DNA of 64,000 nucleotides from Eledone cirrhosa (GCA_964016885.1 OZ024743.1:237584001-237648000); one strand, 5' to 3'; counted from the first letter of the stretch, positions 24,676 to 38,982 are shown. Notes: generated from the sequence alone by a model not told the origin. Translations and numbers: made by a program.

Positions 24676-25007
24676 TATATATATCAGAATGGATGTAGTA
24701 AAAACCTGTTAGACACTCAGCAGAGTACCCGATATGTTATCCTTCACTCATTTACTATTATTACTCCAAGAACCTCTTAACTAAACACACGTGCTTTCGC
24801 CATAGATGCGGTTTAAGCTTGCCACCCATGGCGACCTCCCAAGAGCTTCTGTCACAATAAAATACATGCTGTTCTCTGTAAAGTGCACGAACGTATACCA
24901 ACAAGATGCAGTCACCGGCCCATCTGAAAGATCTGTCGTTCTGATTCAATACTGACTTGGTCTGTGACGACCTATCAAACCCTTGCTAACTGACGTTAAA
25001 TGGTATT

Positions 25008-25079
<72 letters not shown>

Positions 25080-25080
<1 letters not shown>

Positions 25081-25197
25081 GAAGGATTCGGCACCCCGAC
25101 GACTGAACTCCTGCCGTTTCAACAGCTATTTCGAAACAGTTCAGATCTAGCTGTTGAAACGGCAGGAGCTCAGCTGTCGGGTCCCGAATCCTTCATC
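25080..25197. mobile_element. Family B-related fold-back palindrome (diverged)
   Basis: gaaggattcgg...ccgtttcaacagcta / tagctgttGAAAcggcaggagctcagctGTCggg...ccgaatccttc. Confidence 0.7.
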
Positions 25198-25719
25198 TTA
25201 ACACACTCTACTACTACCACCACCACCAACACCACCACCACCGCCACCACCGCCACCACTACCACTACCATCACCACCACCGCCACCACCGCCACCGCCA
25301 CTACCACCACCACCACCACCACCAAACACCACCCCCGCCGCCACCACCACCACCACCACCACCACCGACACCACCACCATCATTATTATATATCTAATTA
25401 AATTATACAAATATGTATAAAGCTGTTACCATAAAGTGCTTCTCTGCTATGTGCGTCCTCGAGGGCTGCCAAGTTGTCCTTAACAGTAACACCGACCCGG
25501 GTATTCCTGTCACTAGTTTTCCCGCCAATACAGAGAAGCGAACAAAAGGAGAAGACATTGTTTACACATGGAAGAATGAGAATGTTATTTAATAGAATAC
25601 ATGGTATGACATGAAACCTTAAGTCCTGATTGTATCGTTGGGGCTCCATTGCTGAGACCTTAAACCTAGCCGAGCTCATCCCTCAGATCTCAACACAGAC
25701 GATTTCTTCTTCTTAGGGT

Positions 25720-26100
25720 AGTGGATTGGTAGTATCGGTAGAGCATCAGACACTAAGCTTTGTAGCATAGAGTTATTGCCCTTTACTTTCTGAGTTCAAA
25801 TCCCGCCGAGCTTAACTTTGCCTTTCATCCTTACGGGGTCGATAAAATAAAGTACCTGTCACGCACTGGGGTTGATTTAATCGACTTCCCCTTCTCCAAA
25901 ATTTCTGGCCTTGTGCCTATATAAGAAACCATTATTATTCTTAGAGAGAGATAGAGAAGATCGACCCCAGTATTGGACTAGTACTTTATTTATCGACCTC
26001 GAAGGTCGATTAAAGGCAAAATTGATCTTGTCTCTGCGCGATTTGAACAGAGAGAGAACGAATGCTACAAAACATTCCATCCGAGCTTCTAACGACATCT
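25720..26100. mobile_element. Two tail-to-tail SINE family 1 copies (25720-25940 +, 25955-26100 -)
   Basis: Family core in both orientations. Confidence 0.8.
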
Positions 26101-26249
26101 ACACACGTAATACATTTAACTGGAAATCTTTATTTGGTTAAACATTCAAAGTCAGCATCTTTGGGAAGGACTATAAATGAGAGGAGGGGAAGAGCAAGGA
26201 GTACTAGACAAAGGAAGATAGGGGGAGGGGGGAGGATGACCGACTCTAC

Positions 26250-26500
26250 ACCTAGGTCAGAGCGGTGTTTGCGCTGCACCCCACGGACAAGGCCACAAAA
26301 GCATTTCCGCGGACAATGGCCAGCGACACCCACTGCAACAGACACCCCACCTCACGGAGCTCCTTCCTCAGGTGACTGCTATTGATTTTACGGAGGAGGT
26401 CAGCTGCCCGGGGTTCAAGGACGTCTGAGGTCTCGACGGCGACCGGTTCAAAGAGGAAGCGGCCGGACAAGTCCCGGTATTGTCTTCCTGTTGTTTTGAT
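26250..26500 (-). pseudogene. CRE-type RLE LINE C-terminal remnant
   Basis: RQYRDLSGRFLFEPVAVETSDVL...LREVGCLLQWVSLAIVRGNAFV. Confidence 0.8.
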
Positions 26501-26517
26501 GGTCCTACATTATTTGG

Positions 26518-26765
26518 TCTTCTTCTTCGCCTACTTATTCCTGAGAGGGTCGTGGGGCAGTCCTCAAACACTCTTTCCAGCAGGCCCTGTCAGAAGCAAC
26601 GGTCTCTAATACAACTGGATCCCTAAGCGAGACCAACAGAGCTCATGGATGTTATCCAACCATCTTGCTGGGGGCCTACTTCTGGGTTTCTTTCAGGCTG
26701 GTTTTTGTCCGTAAAATCTGTCCAGCGATTCTTTCCTGAGACATTGTAATCACATGCCCGAGAGG
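26518..26765 (-). pseudogene. RTE LINE 3' fragment
   Basis: Same 3' end (cctgagagggtcgtggggcag) and (GAA)n tail as 8595-8860. Confidence 0.8.
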
Positions 26766-27094
26766 CCAAAGAGGGTTGGGAAGGAAGCAAACCTTAGCAA
26801 TTGGAATCTGGAACATCCCAACCCTTACGTTTAATATAGAAGTGTGACAAGTTATTCTTTAGTAGAAACTCCACAGAGTATCTTATCTTCCTATGTAGAG
26901 TTTTATTGTGTAAGTTACGGATGGATTAAACGGGTATGGGGCCGCTGGCTGAACATTTCCTAGAGTTTTTAGTGGTAGCAAAAATATATATATATATATA
27001 TATCGTCGATCGACTTTCGTCAAATCGGACCGAGGATACAATGTTTCCGTTGGTCTTTCCAATTGTTAATACTTTCTATCGGTCGCAACTCCAG

Positions 27095-27210
27095 GTAGAA
27101 GGAGCAACGTGAAATAAAGTGTCTTGCTCAAGGACATAACGCATTGCCCAGTCCAGGAATCGAACTCCCAGCCTCACGATTGTGAATCCAATTCTCTAAC
27201 CAATAAGCCT
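27095..27210 (-). mobile_element. CORE-type SINE 5' part
   Basis: tRNA head plus CORE-like segment. Confidence 0.75.
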
Positions 27211-27821
27211 TTAAGTATAATGGGACTCCCCTAATCCAGCACTATTTATATTACATTACCCCAATTGTTCCTTGTTTTAATTGGGAGATTTAGCTGCTAT
27301 TTCTAGTAGGTGGTAGGACTACCTTTATAGAGAGGTTTCTCCACATTGTCTGGCTTAGGCAACATGTAGGGAGCGGGGGGAGTGTGTGTGTGTGTGAGAG
27401 AGAGAGAGGGGGAGAGAGTGTACGAGAGAGAGAGTGTGTGTGTGTATATGTATGTATGTGTATGTATGTATGTATGTATGTATGTATGTATGTATGTATG
27501 TATGTATGTATGTATGTATGTATGTATGTGAATATATATGTATGTATGTATGTGTATATATATGTATGTATGTATGTATGTGTATGTATATGTATGTGTA
27601 TATATATGTATGTATGTATGTGTGTATGTATGTATGTATGTATGTATATATATGTATGTATGTATGTATATATGTGTATATGTATGTATGTATGTATGTA
27701 TGTGTATATATATGTATGTATGTATGTGCTACTGACATGTAAAGGGTGCTTCTCAGATCTTAGTATTTCGTAGCTCCCTTTGTTTGCAATTCTAGTAACA
27801 TACACCCGAAAGTACACTATA

Positions 27822-29448
27822 CCTCACCACCACACTACACTCCACCACTACACCACCACCACCACCACCACACTACATTACACCACCACCACACTACACT
27901 CCACCACTACACCACCACCACCACCACCACACTACATTACACCACCACCACACTACACTCCACCACTACACCACCACCACCACCACCACACTACATTACA
28001 CCACCACCACACTACACTCCACCACTACACCACCACCACCACCACACTATACTACACCACCACCACCACCACCACACTACACTCCACCACTACACCACCA
28101 CCACCACCACACTACACTACACCACCACCACACTACACTCCACCACTACACCACCACCACACTACACTCCACCACTACACCACCACCACACTACACTCCA
28201 CCACTACACCACCACCACACTACACTACACCACCACCACACTACACCCCACCACTACTCCACCACCACCACCACACTACACTCCACCACTAAACCACCAC
28301 CACCACCACTACCACACTACACTACACCACCATCACACTACACTCCACCACGACACCACCACCACCACACTACACTACACCCCACCACTACACCACCACC
28401 ACTATAACACTACACTACACCACCACCACACTACACTCCACCACTACACCACCACCACCACCACCACACTACACTACACCCCACCACCACACCACACTAC
28501 ACCACTACACCACCACCACCACACTACACTACACCACCACCACCACACTACACTACACCACCACCACCACCACACTACACTACACCACCACCACACTACA
28601 CTACACCACCACTATAACACTACACTACACCACCACCACACTACACTCCACCACTACACCACCACCACACTACACCCCACCACCACCACACTACACTCCA
28701 CCACTAAACCACCACCACCACTACCACACTACACTACACCACCATCACACTACACTCCACCACGACACCACCACCACCACCACTACACTACACCCCACCA
28801 CTACACCACCACCACTATAACACTACACTACACCACCACCACACTACACTCCACCACTACACCACCACCACCACCACACTACACCCCACCACCACCACAC
28901 TACACTCCACCACTAAACCACCACCACCACTACCACACTACACTACACCACCATCACACTACACTCCACCACGACACCACCACCACCACACTACACTACA
29001 CCCCACCACTACACCACCACCACTATAACACTACACTACACCACCACCACACTACACTCCACCACTACACCACCACCACCACCACACTACACCCCACCAC
29101 TACTCCACCACCACCACCACTACACTACACCCCACCACCACACCACACTACACCACTACACCACCACCACCACACTACACTACACCACCACCACCACACT
29201 ACACTACACCACCACCACACTACACCCCACCACCACCACCACCACCACACTACACTACACCACCACCACCACACTAACTACACCACCACTACTCCACCAC
29301 CACCACCACCACAATACACTCCACCACTACACCACCACCACCACACTACACCCCACCACTACTCCACCACCACCACCACACTACACCTCACCACACCACC
29401 ACCACCACCACACCATCACGACCACACCACACTACCCCACCACCACCA
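27822..29448. repeat. (CAC/TACAC)n low-complexity tract with internal higher-order duplications
   Basis: Direct; diagnostic variants (taaaccacc, cgacacc, ctataac) recur in the same order. Confidence 0.93.
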
Positions 29449-29639
29449 ATATTGTTATTGTAGTAGTTTTGTTTACGTTTTCTCCCTCCCAAGCAACAAG
29501 TCACTGCTTCTCTCCCTTTGTTTACTGTCGAGATCGAGCACACATTACGAACCTCCACCTCCCATCTCTCTCTCTCTCTCTCTCTCTACCCCTCACTCGA
29601 TCTATCTATCTCTATCTCTCTACCCTCTGTCTCTCTCTC

Positions 29640-30115
29640 TCTATCCACCCGTCAGCCACCCACCTCTCTATCTCTCTATCTCTCTACCTCTCTATCCCCC
29701 CCATAGCCACCCATCTACCTTTCTCTCTCTATCCACCCGTAAGCCACCCATCTGCCTCTCTATCCACCCATAGCCACCCATCTATTTCTCTATCCACCCA
29801 TAACCACCCATCTACCTCTCTATCCACCCGTAAGCCACCCATCTATTTCTCTATCCACCCGTAAGCCACCGATCTATCTCTCTATCCACCCGCAAGCCAC
29901 CCATCCATCCATTGAACAAACGGGACGAACTGAACAATAAAGAAATTCGAGAGAACGGACGAAGCGAGTGAATGAGTAGAGATGGCATGTAGAGAGAGGG
30001 GGAGTGAGTGAGGGAGGAAGAGGGAGATGACATGTAGAGAGAGGGGAGTGAGTGAAGAAGGGAGAGGGAGATGACATGTAGAGAGAGGGGGAGTGAGTGA
30101 GGGAGAGAGAGGGAG
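29640..30115. repeat. Short minisatellites (29-bp ctatccacccgtaagccacccatctatttct-type; 44-bp gatgacatgtagagagagg-type)
   Basis: Direct. Confidence 0.85.
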
Positions 30116-31264
30116 TGAGAGAGAGAGAGATAGTGAGAGATGGGGTGATTATAGCAAACTTAGCAATTTCTTTAGCAGGCTGACTTGTATTGGCACGAGA
30201 CACCATAAGTTGGGTTGTTTGTCCCCACCCCAACTTTCTTACACGAGGCCGCAGCCCCAGGGCAAGGGAAAGCAAGGCAAGCTCCTGTCTGTCTGTATTT
30301 TGTTTGTTTTGGGGGTATTTTTTCGCTTTTCTTACTTTTTTTAATTACTTTTTGAGCAAATCATTAAACAGAAAAGAAAAAAATAGACAACACGGTATCG
30401 CCTTCACTTTTAGCGGTCGACCAGCAGCTAGAAACAGCAGCCAAATCTCACTCAAATGACACACAACTGTCTTTAAAGGAATGACACATTGGATAATGTA
30501 GTCCACGATATACAGAAACACGGCACCATGAAAGCTTCACAGTCGTTCGGAAATTATTAATATGCCAAATATACCAACATGGCATCAACGTTTAAAATGT
30601 CCCCTATAACGAAGTATCACACACGCATACACACACGCACGCACAGACACACAGACACACACACAAGCGCGCGTGGACGCATGCACATGCATGCACACAC
30701 ATGCTTCAAACAACTTGGTGAAAGTCACCGTGGAATGAAACTTTGAAATGTAACCCAAACTCTTGCAAATATCATAGAATTTACTGCAGATTCGAGACCT
30801 TGTCAAAACTAACAATGATGTGGTTGTTGTGTGTTAGACTTAATCCATGGCTCAATTTAACACCACCTCCTGATCCTGGGGTGGTAGACTTAATCTGTCA
30901 CCCAGTTTAACACTACCACCTGATCCTGGGGTAGTAGACTTAATCCACTCAGCTGAAAAACAAATATTTGTACCTGTAATTCAAAGGACCAGCTTTAACT
31001 CACGTCTTACGACCACTGTTCTATCTCTTTGGTCAACGGAACAGCCTATTCGTTAGTGACAGAGTATCACAGACATGTGTACCCTAACTGTAATTCTTGA
31101 GGAAATTAAGCAGGACAATGTATGACATGTAGAGTCCATCCGTTGGTCTTCCAAACAGTTTCTGTCTACCCAGTTTCATTGACAACACTGGGTCAACTCG
31201 ATAGATTATGATAAAAGGACTCATGCTTATCATGTTATGCAGTGGATGATCATTGGTAGAATGC

Positions 31265-31759
31265 CTTTCATCATATATGTGCTGGATCAGAGATGACCTT
31301 TGATCATATGTGTGCTGGATCAGAGATGACCTTTGATCCTATATGTGCTGGATCAGAGATGACCTTTGATCATATGTGTGCTGGATCAGAGATGACCTTT
31401 GATCATATGTGTGCTGGATCAGAGATGACCTTTGATCCTATATGTGCTGGATCAGAGATGACCTTTGATCATATATGTGCTGGATTAGAGATGACCTTTG
31501 ATAATGTGTGCTAGATCAGAGATGACCTTTGATCCAATATGTGCTGGATCAGAGATGACCTTTGATCATATGTGTGCTGGATCAGAGATGACCTTTGATC
31601 ATATGTGTGCTGGATTAGAGATGACCTTTGATAATATGTGTGCTGGATTTGAGCTGAACTTTGATCATATGTGTGCTGGATCAAAGATGAGCTTTGAACA
31701 TATAGGTGCTGGATCAGAGATGGCCTTTGATCATATGCGTGCTGGCTCAGAGCTGACCT
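31265..31759. repeat. 33-bp tandem array, ~15 copies
   Basis: Unit tttgatcatatgtgtgctggatcagagatgacc. Confidence 0.95.
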
Positions 31760-32164
31760 AGCGTTTAAACAGTGTGTGAAGCAACTGAGGATCAAGTCAA
31801 CTCTTATGAAGCAGGGCTATGATCAGGGCTGGACTTTAACCAGCTCAGGCCCTAAGATATAAGAAATTTGAGGCCCTTCTCTAAAAAGATTTGGATAACA
31901 ACATTTTAAATTATTATACATGATTATTATTTTTTATATTAATTGTTTTTAATATTAATTGTTTCTACTTTAGGCGGTAATTTCTGGCCTTGTGCCAAAA
32001 GTAGAAACAATTATTTTTTATATTAATGTTAATAGTAAAGAATGTGTATACATACATACATATACATACATATATATACATATATATATATACATAAACC
32101 TTTATTTGTCTGCCTCTCCGTTTTGTTCCCGTATAAATTTGCACTATATATATATATATATATG

Positions 32165-32226
<62 letters not shown>

Positions 32227-32235
32227 TAGAGATAT

Positions 32236-32286
32236 GGCTTCATGATGATTTCCCCCGAATGAAACAGTTCTAGTCCTGTTGAAGCC
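32236..32286 (+). ncRNA. Family A hammerhead motif (C3 mutated)
   Basis: ggcttc-ATGATGA-tttc-cccc-gaat-GAAA-cag-ttctagtc-ctg-TT-gaagcc. Confidence 0.6.
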
Positions 32287-32299
32287 ATTTCTATATTAA

Positions 32300-32330
<31 letters not shown>

Positions 32331-32384
32331 AAGAATAAAAAATAATTATCGAATTAAAATACATTCTTAAAAAAAGAGGTGTTG

Positions 32385-35300
32385 AAGGGTATGTAGCCCT
32401 AAACTATAGATTATCTAGCTTATGGGTAAGTCCAGGGTGTGGTGCCCTAAACTATAGGTTATCTACCTTATAGGTAAGTCCAGGGTGTGGTGCCCTAAAC
32501 TATAGGTTATCTACCTTATAGGTAAGTCCAGGGTGTGGTGCCCTAAACTATAGGTTATCTACCTTATAGGTAAGTCCAGGGTGTGGTGCCCTAAATTATA
32601 GGTTATCTACCTTATAGGTAAGTCCAGGGTGTGGTGCCCTAAACTATAGGTTATCTACCTTACAGGTACGTCCAGGGTGTGGTGCCCTAAACTATAGATT
32701 ATCTACCTTACAGGTACGTCCAGGGTGTGGTGCCCTAAACTATAGGTTATCTACCTTACAGGTAAGTCCAGGGTGAGGTGCCCTAAACTATAGATTATCT
32801 ACCTTACAGGTAAGTCCAGGGTGTGGTGCCCTAAACTATAGATTATCTACTTTATAGGTAAGTCCAGGGTGTGGTGCCCTAAACTATAGGTTATCTACCT
32901 TACAGGTAAGTCCAGAGTGTGGTGCCCTAAACTATAGATTATCTACCTTATAGGTAAGTCCAGGGTGTGGTGCCCTAAACTATAGATTATCTACTTTATA
33001 GGTACGTCCAGGGTGTGGTGCCCTAAACTATAGGTTATCTACCTTATAGGTAAGTCCAGGGGGAGGTGCCCTAAACTATGGGTTATCTACCTTACAGGTA
33101 AGTCCAGGGGGGAGGTGCCCTAAACTATGGGTTATCTACCTTATAGGTAAGTCCAGGGTGTGGTGCCCTAAACTATGGGTTATCTACCTTATAGGTAAGT
33201 CCAGGGGGAGGTGCCCTAAACTATAGATTATCTACCTTACAGGTAATTCCAGGGTGTGGTGCCCTAAACTATAGATTATCTACCTTACAGGTAATTCCAG
33301 GGTGTGGTGCCCTAAACTATAGATTATCTACCTTACAGGTAAGTCCAGGGTGTGGTGCCCTAAACTATAGATTATCTACCTTACAGGTAAGTCCAGGGTG
33401 GTGTGCCCTAAACTATAGGTTATCTACCTTACAGGTAAGTCCAGGGTGTGGTGCCCTAAACTATAGATTATCTACCTTATAGGTAAGTCCAGGGTGTGGT
33501 GCCCTAAACTATAGGTTATCTACCTTACAGGTAAGTCCAGGGTGTGGTGCCCTAAACTATAGGTTATCTACCTTACAGGTAATTCCAGGGTGTGGTGCCC
33601 TAAACTATAGATTATCTACCTTATAGGTAAGTCCAGGGGGAGGTGCCCTAAACTATAGATTATCTAGCTTACAGGTAATTCCAGGGTATGTAGCCCTAAA
33701 CTATAGATTATCTACCTTGTAGGTAAGTCCAGGGTGTGGTGTCCTAAACTATAGATTATCTACTTTATAGGTAAGTCCAGGGTGTGGTGCCCTAAACTAT
33801 AGATTATCTACCTTACAGGTAAGTCCAGGGTGTGGTGCCCTAAACTATAGATTATCTACCTTATAGGTAAGTCCAGGGTGAGATTCCCTAAACTATAGAT
33901 TATCTACCTTATAGGTAAGTCCAGGGTGTGGTGTCCTAAACTATAGATTATCTACTTTATAGGTAAGTCCAGGGTGTGGTGCCCTAAACTATAGATTATC
34001 TACCTTACAGGTAAGTCCAGGGTGTGGTGCCCTAAACTATAGATTATCTACCTTATAGGTAACTCCAGGGTGAGGTGCCCTAAACTATAGATTATCTACC
34101 TTACAGGTAAGTCCAGGGTGTGGTGCCCTAAACTATAGATTATCTACCTTACAGGTAAGTCCAGGGTGTGGTGCCCTAAACTATAGATTATCTACCTTAC
34201 AGGTACGTCCAGGGTGTGGTGCCCTAAACTATAGGTTATCTACCTTATAGGTAAGTCCAGGGTGTGGTGCCCTAAACTATAGATTATCTACCTTATAGGT
34301 AAGTCCAGGGTGTGGTGCCCTAAACTATAGATTATCTACCTTACAGGTAAGTCCAGGATGAGGTGCCCTAAACTATAGATTATCTACCTTATAGGTAAGT
34401 CCAGGGTGTGGTGCCTTAAACTATAGATTATCTACCTTACAGGTACGTCCAGGGTGTGGTGCCCTAAACTATAGGTTATCTACCTTATAGGTAAGTCCAG
34501 GGTGTGGTGCCCTAAACTATAGGTTATCTACCTTATAGGTAAGTCCAGGGTGTGGTGCCCTAAACTATAGGTTATCTACCTTATAGGTAAGTCCAGGGTG
34601 TGGTGCCCTAAATTATAGGTTATCTACCTTATAGGTAAGTCCAGGGTGTGGTGCCCTAAACTATAGGTTATCTACCTTACAGGTACGTCCAGGGTGTGGT
34701 GCCCTAAACTATAGATTATCTACCTTACAGGTACGTCCAGGGTGTGGTGCCCTAAACTATAGGTTATCTACCTTACAGGTAAGTCCAGGGTGTGGTGCCC
34801 TAAACTATTGGTTATCTACCTTACAGGTAAGTCCAGGGTGTGGTGCCCTAAACTATAGATTATCTACCTTATAGGTAAGTCCAGGGTGTGGTGCCCTAAA
34901 CTATAGATTATCTACTTTATAGGTACGTCCAGGGTGTGGTGCCCTAAACTATAGGTTATCTACCTTATAGGTAAGTCCAGGGGGAGGTGCCCTAAACTAT
35001 GGGTTATCTACCTTACAGGTAAGTCCAGAGGAGGTGCCCTAAACTATGGGTTATCTACCTTATAGGTAAGTCCAGGGTGTGGTGCCCTAAACTATGGGTT
35101 ATCTACCTTATAGGTAAGTCCAGGGGGAGGTGCCCTAAACTATAGATTATCTACCTTACAGGTAATTCCAGGGTGTGGTGCCCTAAACTATAGATTATCT
35201 ACCTTATAGGTAAGTCCAGGGTGTGGTGCCCTAAACTATAGATTATCTACCTTACAGGTAAGTCCAGGGTGTGGTGCCCTAAACTATAGATTATCTACCT

Positions 35301-37775
35301 TACAGGTAAGTCCAGGGTGGTGTGCCCTAAACTATAGGTTATCTACCTTACAGGTAAGTCCAGGGTGTGGTGCCCTAAACTATAGATTATCTACCTTATA
35401 GGTAAGTCCAGGGTGTGGTGCCCTAAACTATAGGTTATCTACCTTACAGGTAAGTCCAGGGTGTGGTGCCCTAAACTATAGGTTATCTACCTTACAGGTA
35501 ATTCCAGGGTGTGGTGCCCTAAACTATAGATTATCTACCTTATAGGTAAGTCCAGGGGGAGGTGCCCTAAACTATAGATTATCTAGCTTACAGGTAATTC
35601 CAGGGTATGTAGCCCTAAACTATAGATTATCTACCTTATAGGTAAGTCCAGGGGGAGGTGCCCTAAACTATAGATTATCTACCTTACAGGTAATTCCAGG
35701 GTGTGGTGCCCTAAACTATAGATTATCTACCTTATAGGTAAGTCCAGGGTGTGGTGCCCTAAACTATAGATTATCTAGCTTACAGGTACGTCCAGGGTGT
35801 GGTGCCCTAAACTATAGATTATCTAGCTTATAGGTAAGTCCAGGGTGTGGTGCCCTAAACTATAGATTATCTAGCTTATGGGTAAGTCCAGGGGGAGGTG
35901 CCCTAAACTATAGATTATCTACCTTATAGGTAAGTCCAGGGTGTGGTGCCCTAAACTATAGATTATCTACCTTATAGGTAAGTCCAGGGTGTGGTGCCCT
36001 AAACTATAGGTTATCTACCTTATAGGTAAGTCCAGGGTGTAGTGCCCTAAACTATAGGTTATCTACCTTATAGGTAAGTCCAGGGTGTGGTGTCCTAAAC
36101 TATAGGTTATCTACCTTACAGGTAAGTCCAGGGGGAGGTGCCCTAAACTATAAATTATCTACCTTACAGGTAAGTCCAGGGTGTGGTGCCCTAAACTATA
36201 GATTATCTACCTTATAGGTAAGTCCAGGGTGTGGTGCCCTAAACTATAGATTATCTAGCTTACAGGTACGTCCAGGGTGTGGTGCCCTAAACTATAGATT
36301 ATCTAGCTTATGGGTAAGTCCAGGGTGAGGTGCCCTAAACTATAGATTATCTAGCTTATAGGTAAGTCCAGGGTGTGGTGCCCTAAACTATAGATTATCT
36401 ACCTTATGGGTAAGTCCAGGGGGAGGTGCCCTAAACTATAGATTATCTACCTTATAGGTAAGTCCATGGTGTGGTGCCCTAAACTATAGGTTATCTACCT
36501 TACAGGTAAGTCCAGGGTGTGGTGTCCTAAACTATAGGTTATCTACCTTACAGGTAAGTCCAGGGTGAGGTGCCCTAAACTATAGATTATCTATCTTACA
36601 GGTAAGTCCAGGGGGAGGTGCCCTAAACTATAAATTATCTACCTTACAGGTAAGTCCAGGGTTTGGTGCCCTAAACTATGGGTTATCTACCTTATAGGTA
36701 AGTCCAGGGTATGTAGCCCTAAACTATAGATTATCTACCTTATAGGTAAGTCCAGGGTGAGGTGTCCTAAACTATGGGTTATCTACCTTACAGGTAAGTC
36801 CTGGGTGTAGTGCCCTAAACTATAAGTTATCTACCTTATAGGTAAGTCCAGGGTGAGGTGTCATAAACTATAGATTATCTAGCTTATAGTTAGGTTCAGG
36901 GTGAGGTGCCCTAAACTATAGGTTATCTACCTTACAGGTAAGTCCAGGGTGTAGTGCCCTAAACTATAAGTTATCCACCTTATAGGTAAGTCCAGGGTGA
37001 GGTGTCCTAAACTATAGATTATCTAGCTTATAGTTAGGTTCAGGGTGAGGTGCCCTAAACTATAGGTTATCTACCTTACAGGTAAGTCCAGGGTGTAGTG
37101 CCCTAAACTATAAGTTATCCACCTTATAGGTAAGTCCAGGGTGAGGTGTCCTAAACTATACATTATCTAGCTTATAGTTAGGTTCAGGGTGAGGTGCCCT
37201 AAACTATAGGTTATCTATCTTATAGGTAAGTCCAGGGTATGGTGCCCTAAACTATAGATTATCTACCTTACAGGTAATTCCAGGGTGTGGTGCCCTAAAC
37301 TATAGATTATCTACCTTATAGGTAAGTCCAGGGTGTGGTGCCCTAAACTATAGATTATCTACCTTATAGGTAAGTCCAGGGTGTGGTGCCCTAAACTATA
37401 GATTATCTACCTTATAGGTAAGTCCAGGGTGTGGTGCCCTAAACTATAGATTATCTACCTTACAGGTAAGTCCAGGGTGAGATGCCCTAAACTATAGATT
37501 ATCTACCTTATAGGTAAGTCCAGGGTGTGGTGCCCTAAACTATAGATTATCTACCTTACAGGTAAGTCCAGGGTGTGGTGCCCTAAACTATAGATTATCT
37601 ACTTTATAGGTAAGTCCAGGGTGAGATGCCCTAAACTATAGATTATCTACCTTATAGGTAAGTCCAGGGTGAGATGCCCTAAACTATAGGTTATCTACCT
37701 TATAGGTAAGTCCAGGGTGTGGTGTCCTAAACTATAGATTATCTACCTTACAGGTAAGTCCAGGGTGTGGTGCCC
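32385..37775. repeat. 48-bp satellite array, ~112 copies
   Basis: Unit aaactatagattatctaccttataggtaagtccagggtgtggtgccct; period 48. Confidence 0.98.
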
Positions 37776-37779
37776 TTAA

Positions 37780-37982
37780 CCTTTTAGCATTCACATTACT
37801 CTATATATACTATTATATTTTCATGGTAAAGGCTTTACCTTACATAACATTGAATCTATGAGATTTTGAAAGTATTTATTTTGAGAACAATACCTTAACA
37901 TCAGTTTGAGCGAACAGTTATAACCAGTTTCAACAGAGGTAGAGAATTCTGGCCAGTTTGAGCCGGTTTGAACATTAAAGGG
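37780..37982. mobile_element. piggyBac-like MITE
   Basis: ttaa-ccttttagcattca ... tgaacattaaaggg-ctaa: imperfect TIRs with TTAA/CTAA flanks. Confidence 0.65.
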
Positions 37983-38309
37983 CTAAACTATAGATTATTT
38001 ACCTTATAGGTAAGTCCAGCTCCAAGGAAAGACATTCCGGCTGTGACCATGTTTTTATAGACATATTGACAACAACATTATTAAGACAGTAAGGTGTAAT
38101 TTGAAGAAGATTTAGCTGCTATTTCTAGCAGGTTCAACGACTGCAAAGAGGCCTACTTGCTAGATGATCTATTACATCCAAACTATTGCTCTGGTGGAGG
38201 GGTAAAGTTAGAAACTATGAGCTTACGGTCTACTGTTGTAGGGGGAGGTGGTGTGTGTGTATGGGGGGGGGATGAATGATGGGACAAGGTAGGAGGTGGT
38301 GAGGGGAGT

Positions 38310-38532
38310 GTAAGATGGGATGGACTCTCCAAGACAATTCTCAAAGGAACAGTGTGGGGGAGGTAGATAGAGGAAGCGGTGGACAGACAGCATAGGTGAG
38401 TAGACAGGAAAGAACTTCGCCACAACTCAACACCTCGCCAATGACAGAGATGGAAGCAATTGGTACAGCGTTCAACACTACAGCGCCCCAACGACCCCGA
38501 AAAGGGTTAAGGGACCACAATGACGATGATGA
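38310..38532 (+). pseudogene. RTE-clade LINE 3' end
   Basis: RWDGLSKTILKGTV..GR...RKRWTDSI...; (TGA)n tail. Confidence 0.75.
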
Positions 38533-38639
38533 ACAAACCCCATCACTCAGACATTTCGACTGAACATTCTGCTGGGAAAAAAAGTATTTTAATAAAATTT
38601 AAAAATATAATTTAAACCTGTCAAATGTAATATAGAAAT

Positions 38640-38691
38640 GGCTTCTACAGGTCTACAACTGTTTCATTCAAAAGAAATCATCAGGAAAGCC
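38640..38691 (-). ncRNA. Family A hammerhead motif, intact core
   Basis: ggctttc-CTGATGA-tttc-tttt-gaat-GAAA-cag-ttgtagac-ctg-TA-gaagcc. Confidence 0.72.
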
Positions 38692-38769
38692 GGCTGTCGT
38701 TGTAAAACAGTTGTATTTATGTTTTCTGGTGGTTGGAGATGGGTGGAGGCCATTGACCAAGGGATTCTC

Positions 38770-38821
38770 AACTAATGTATTGAGTACCTTACTGTGGTTA
38801 CCCCCGATTGAACCCGGGACT

Positions 38822-38864
<43 letters not shown>

Positions 38865-38923
38865 TTCTGTATATATATATATATATATATATACGCACAC
38901 ACACATATATATATGTATACATA

Positions 38924-38982
<59 letters not shown>

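Noticed and set aside
30207-30237. aagttggg...cccaactt hairpin as a pre-miRNA
   Set aside because: Stem too short and no known mature miRNA recognised.
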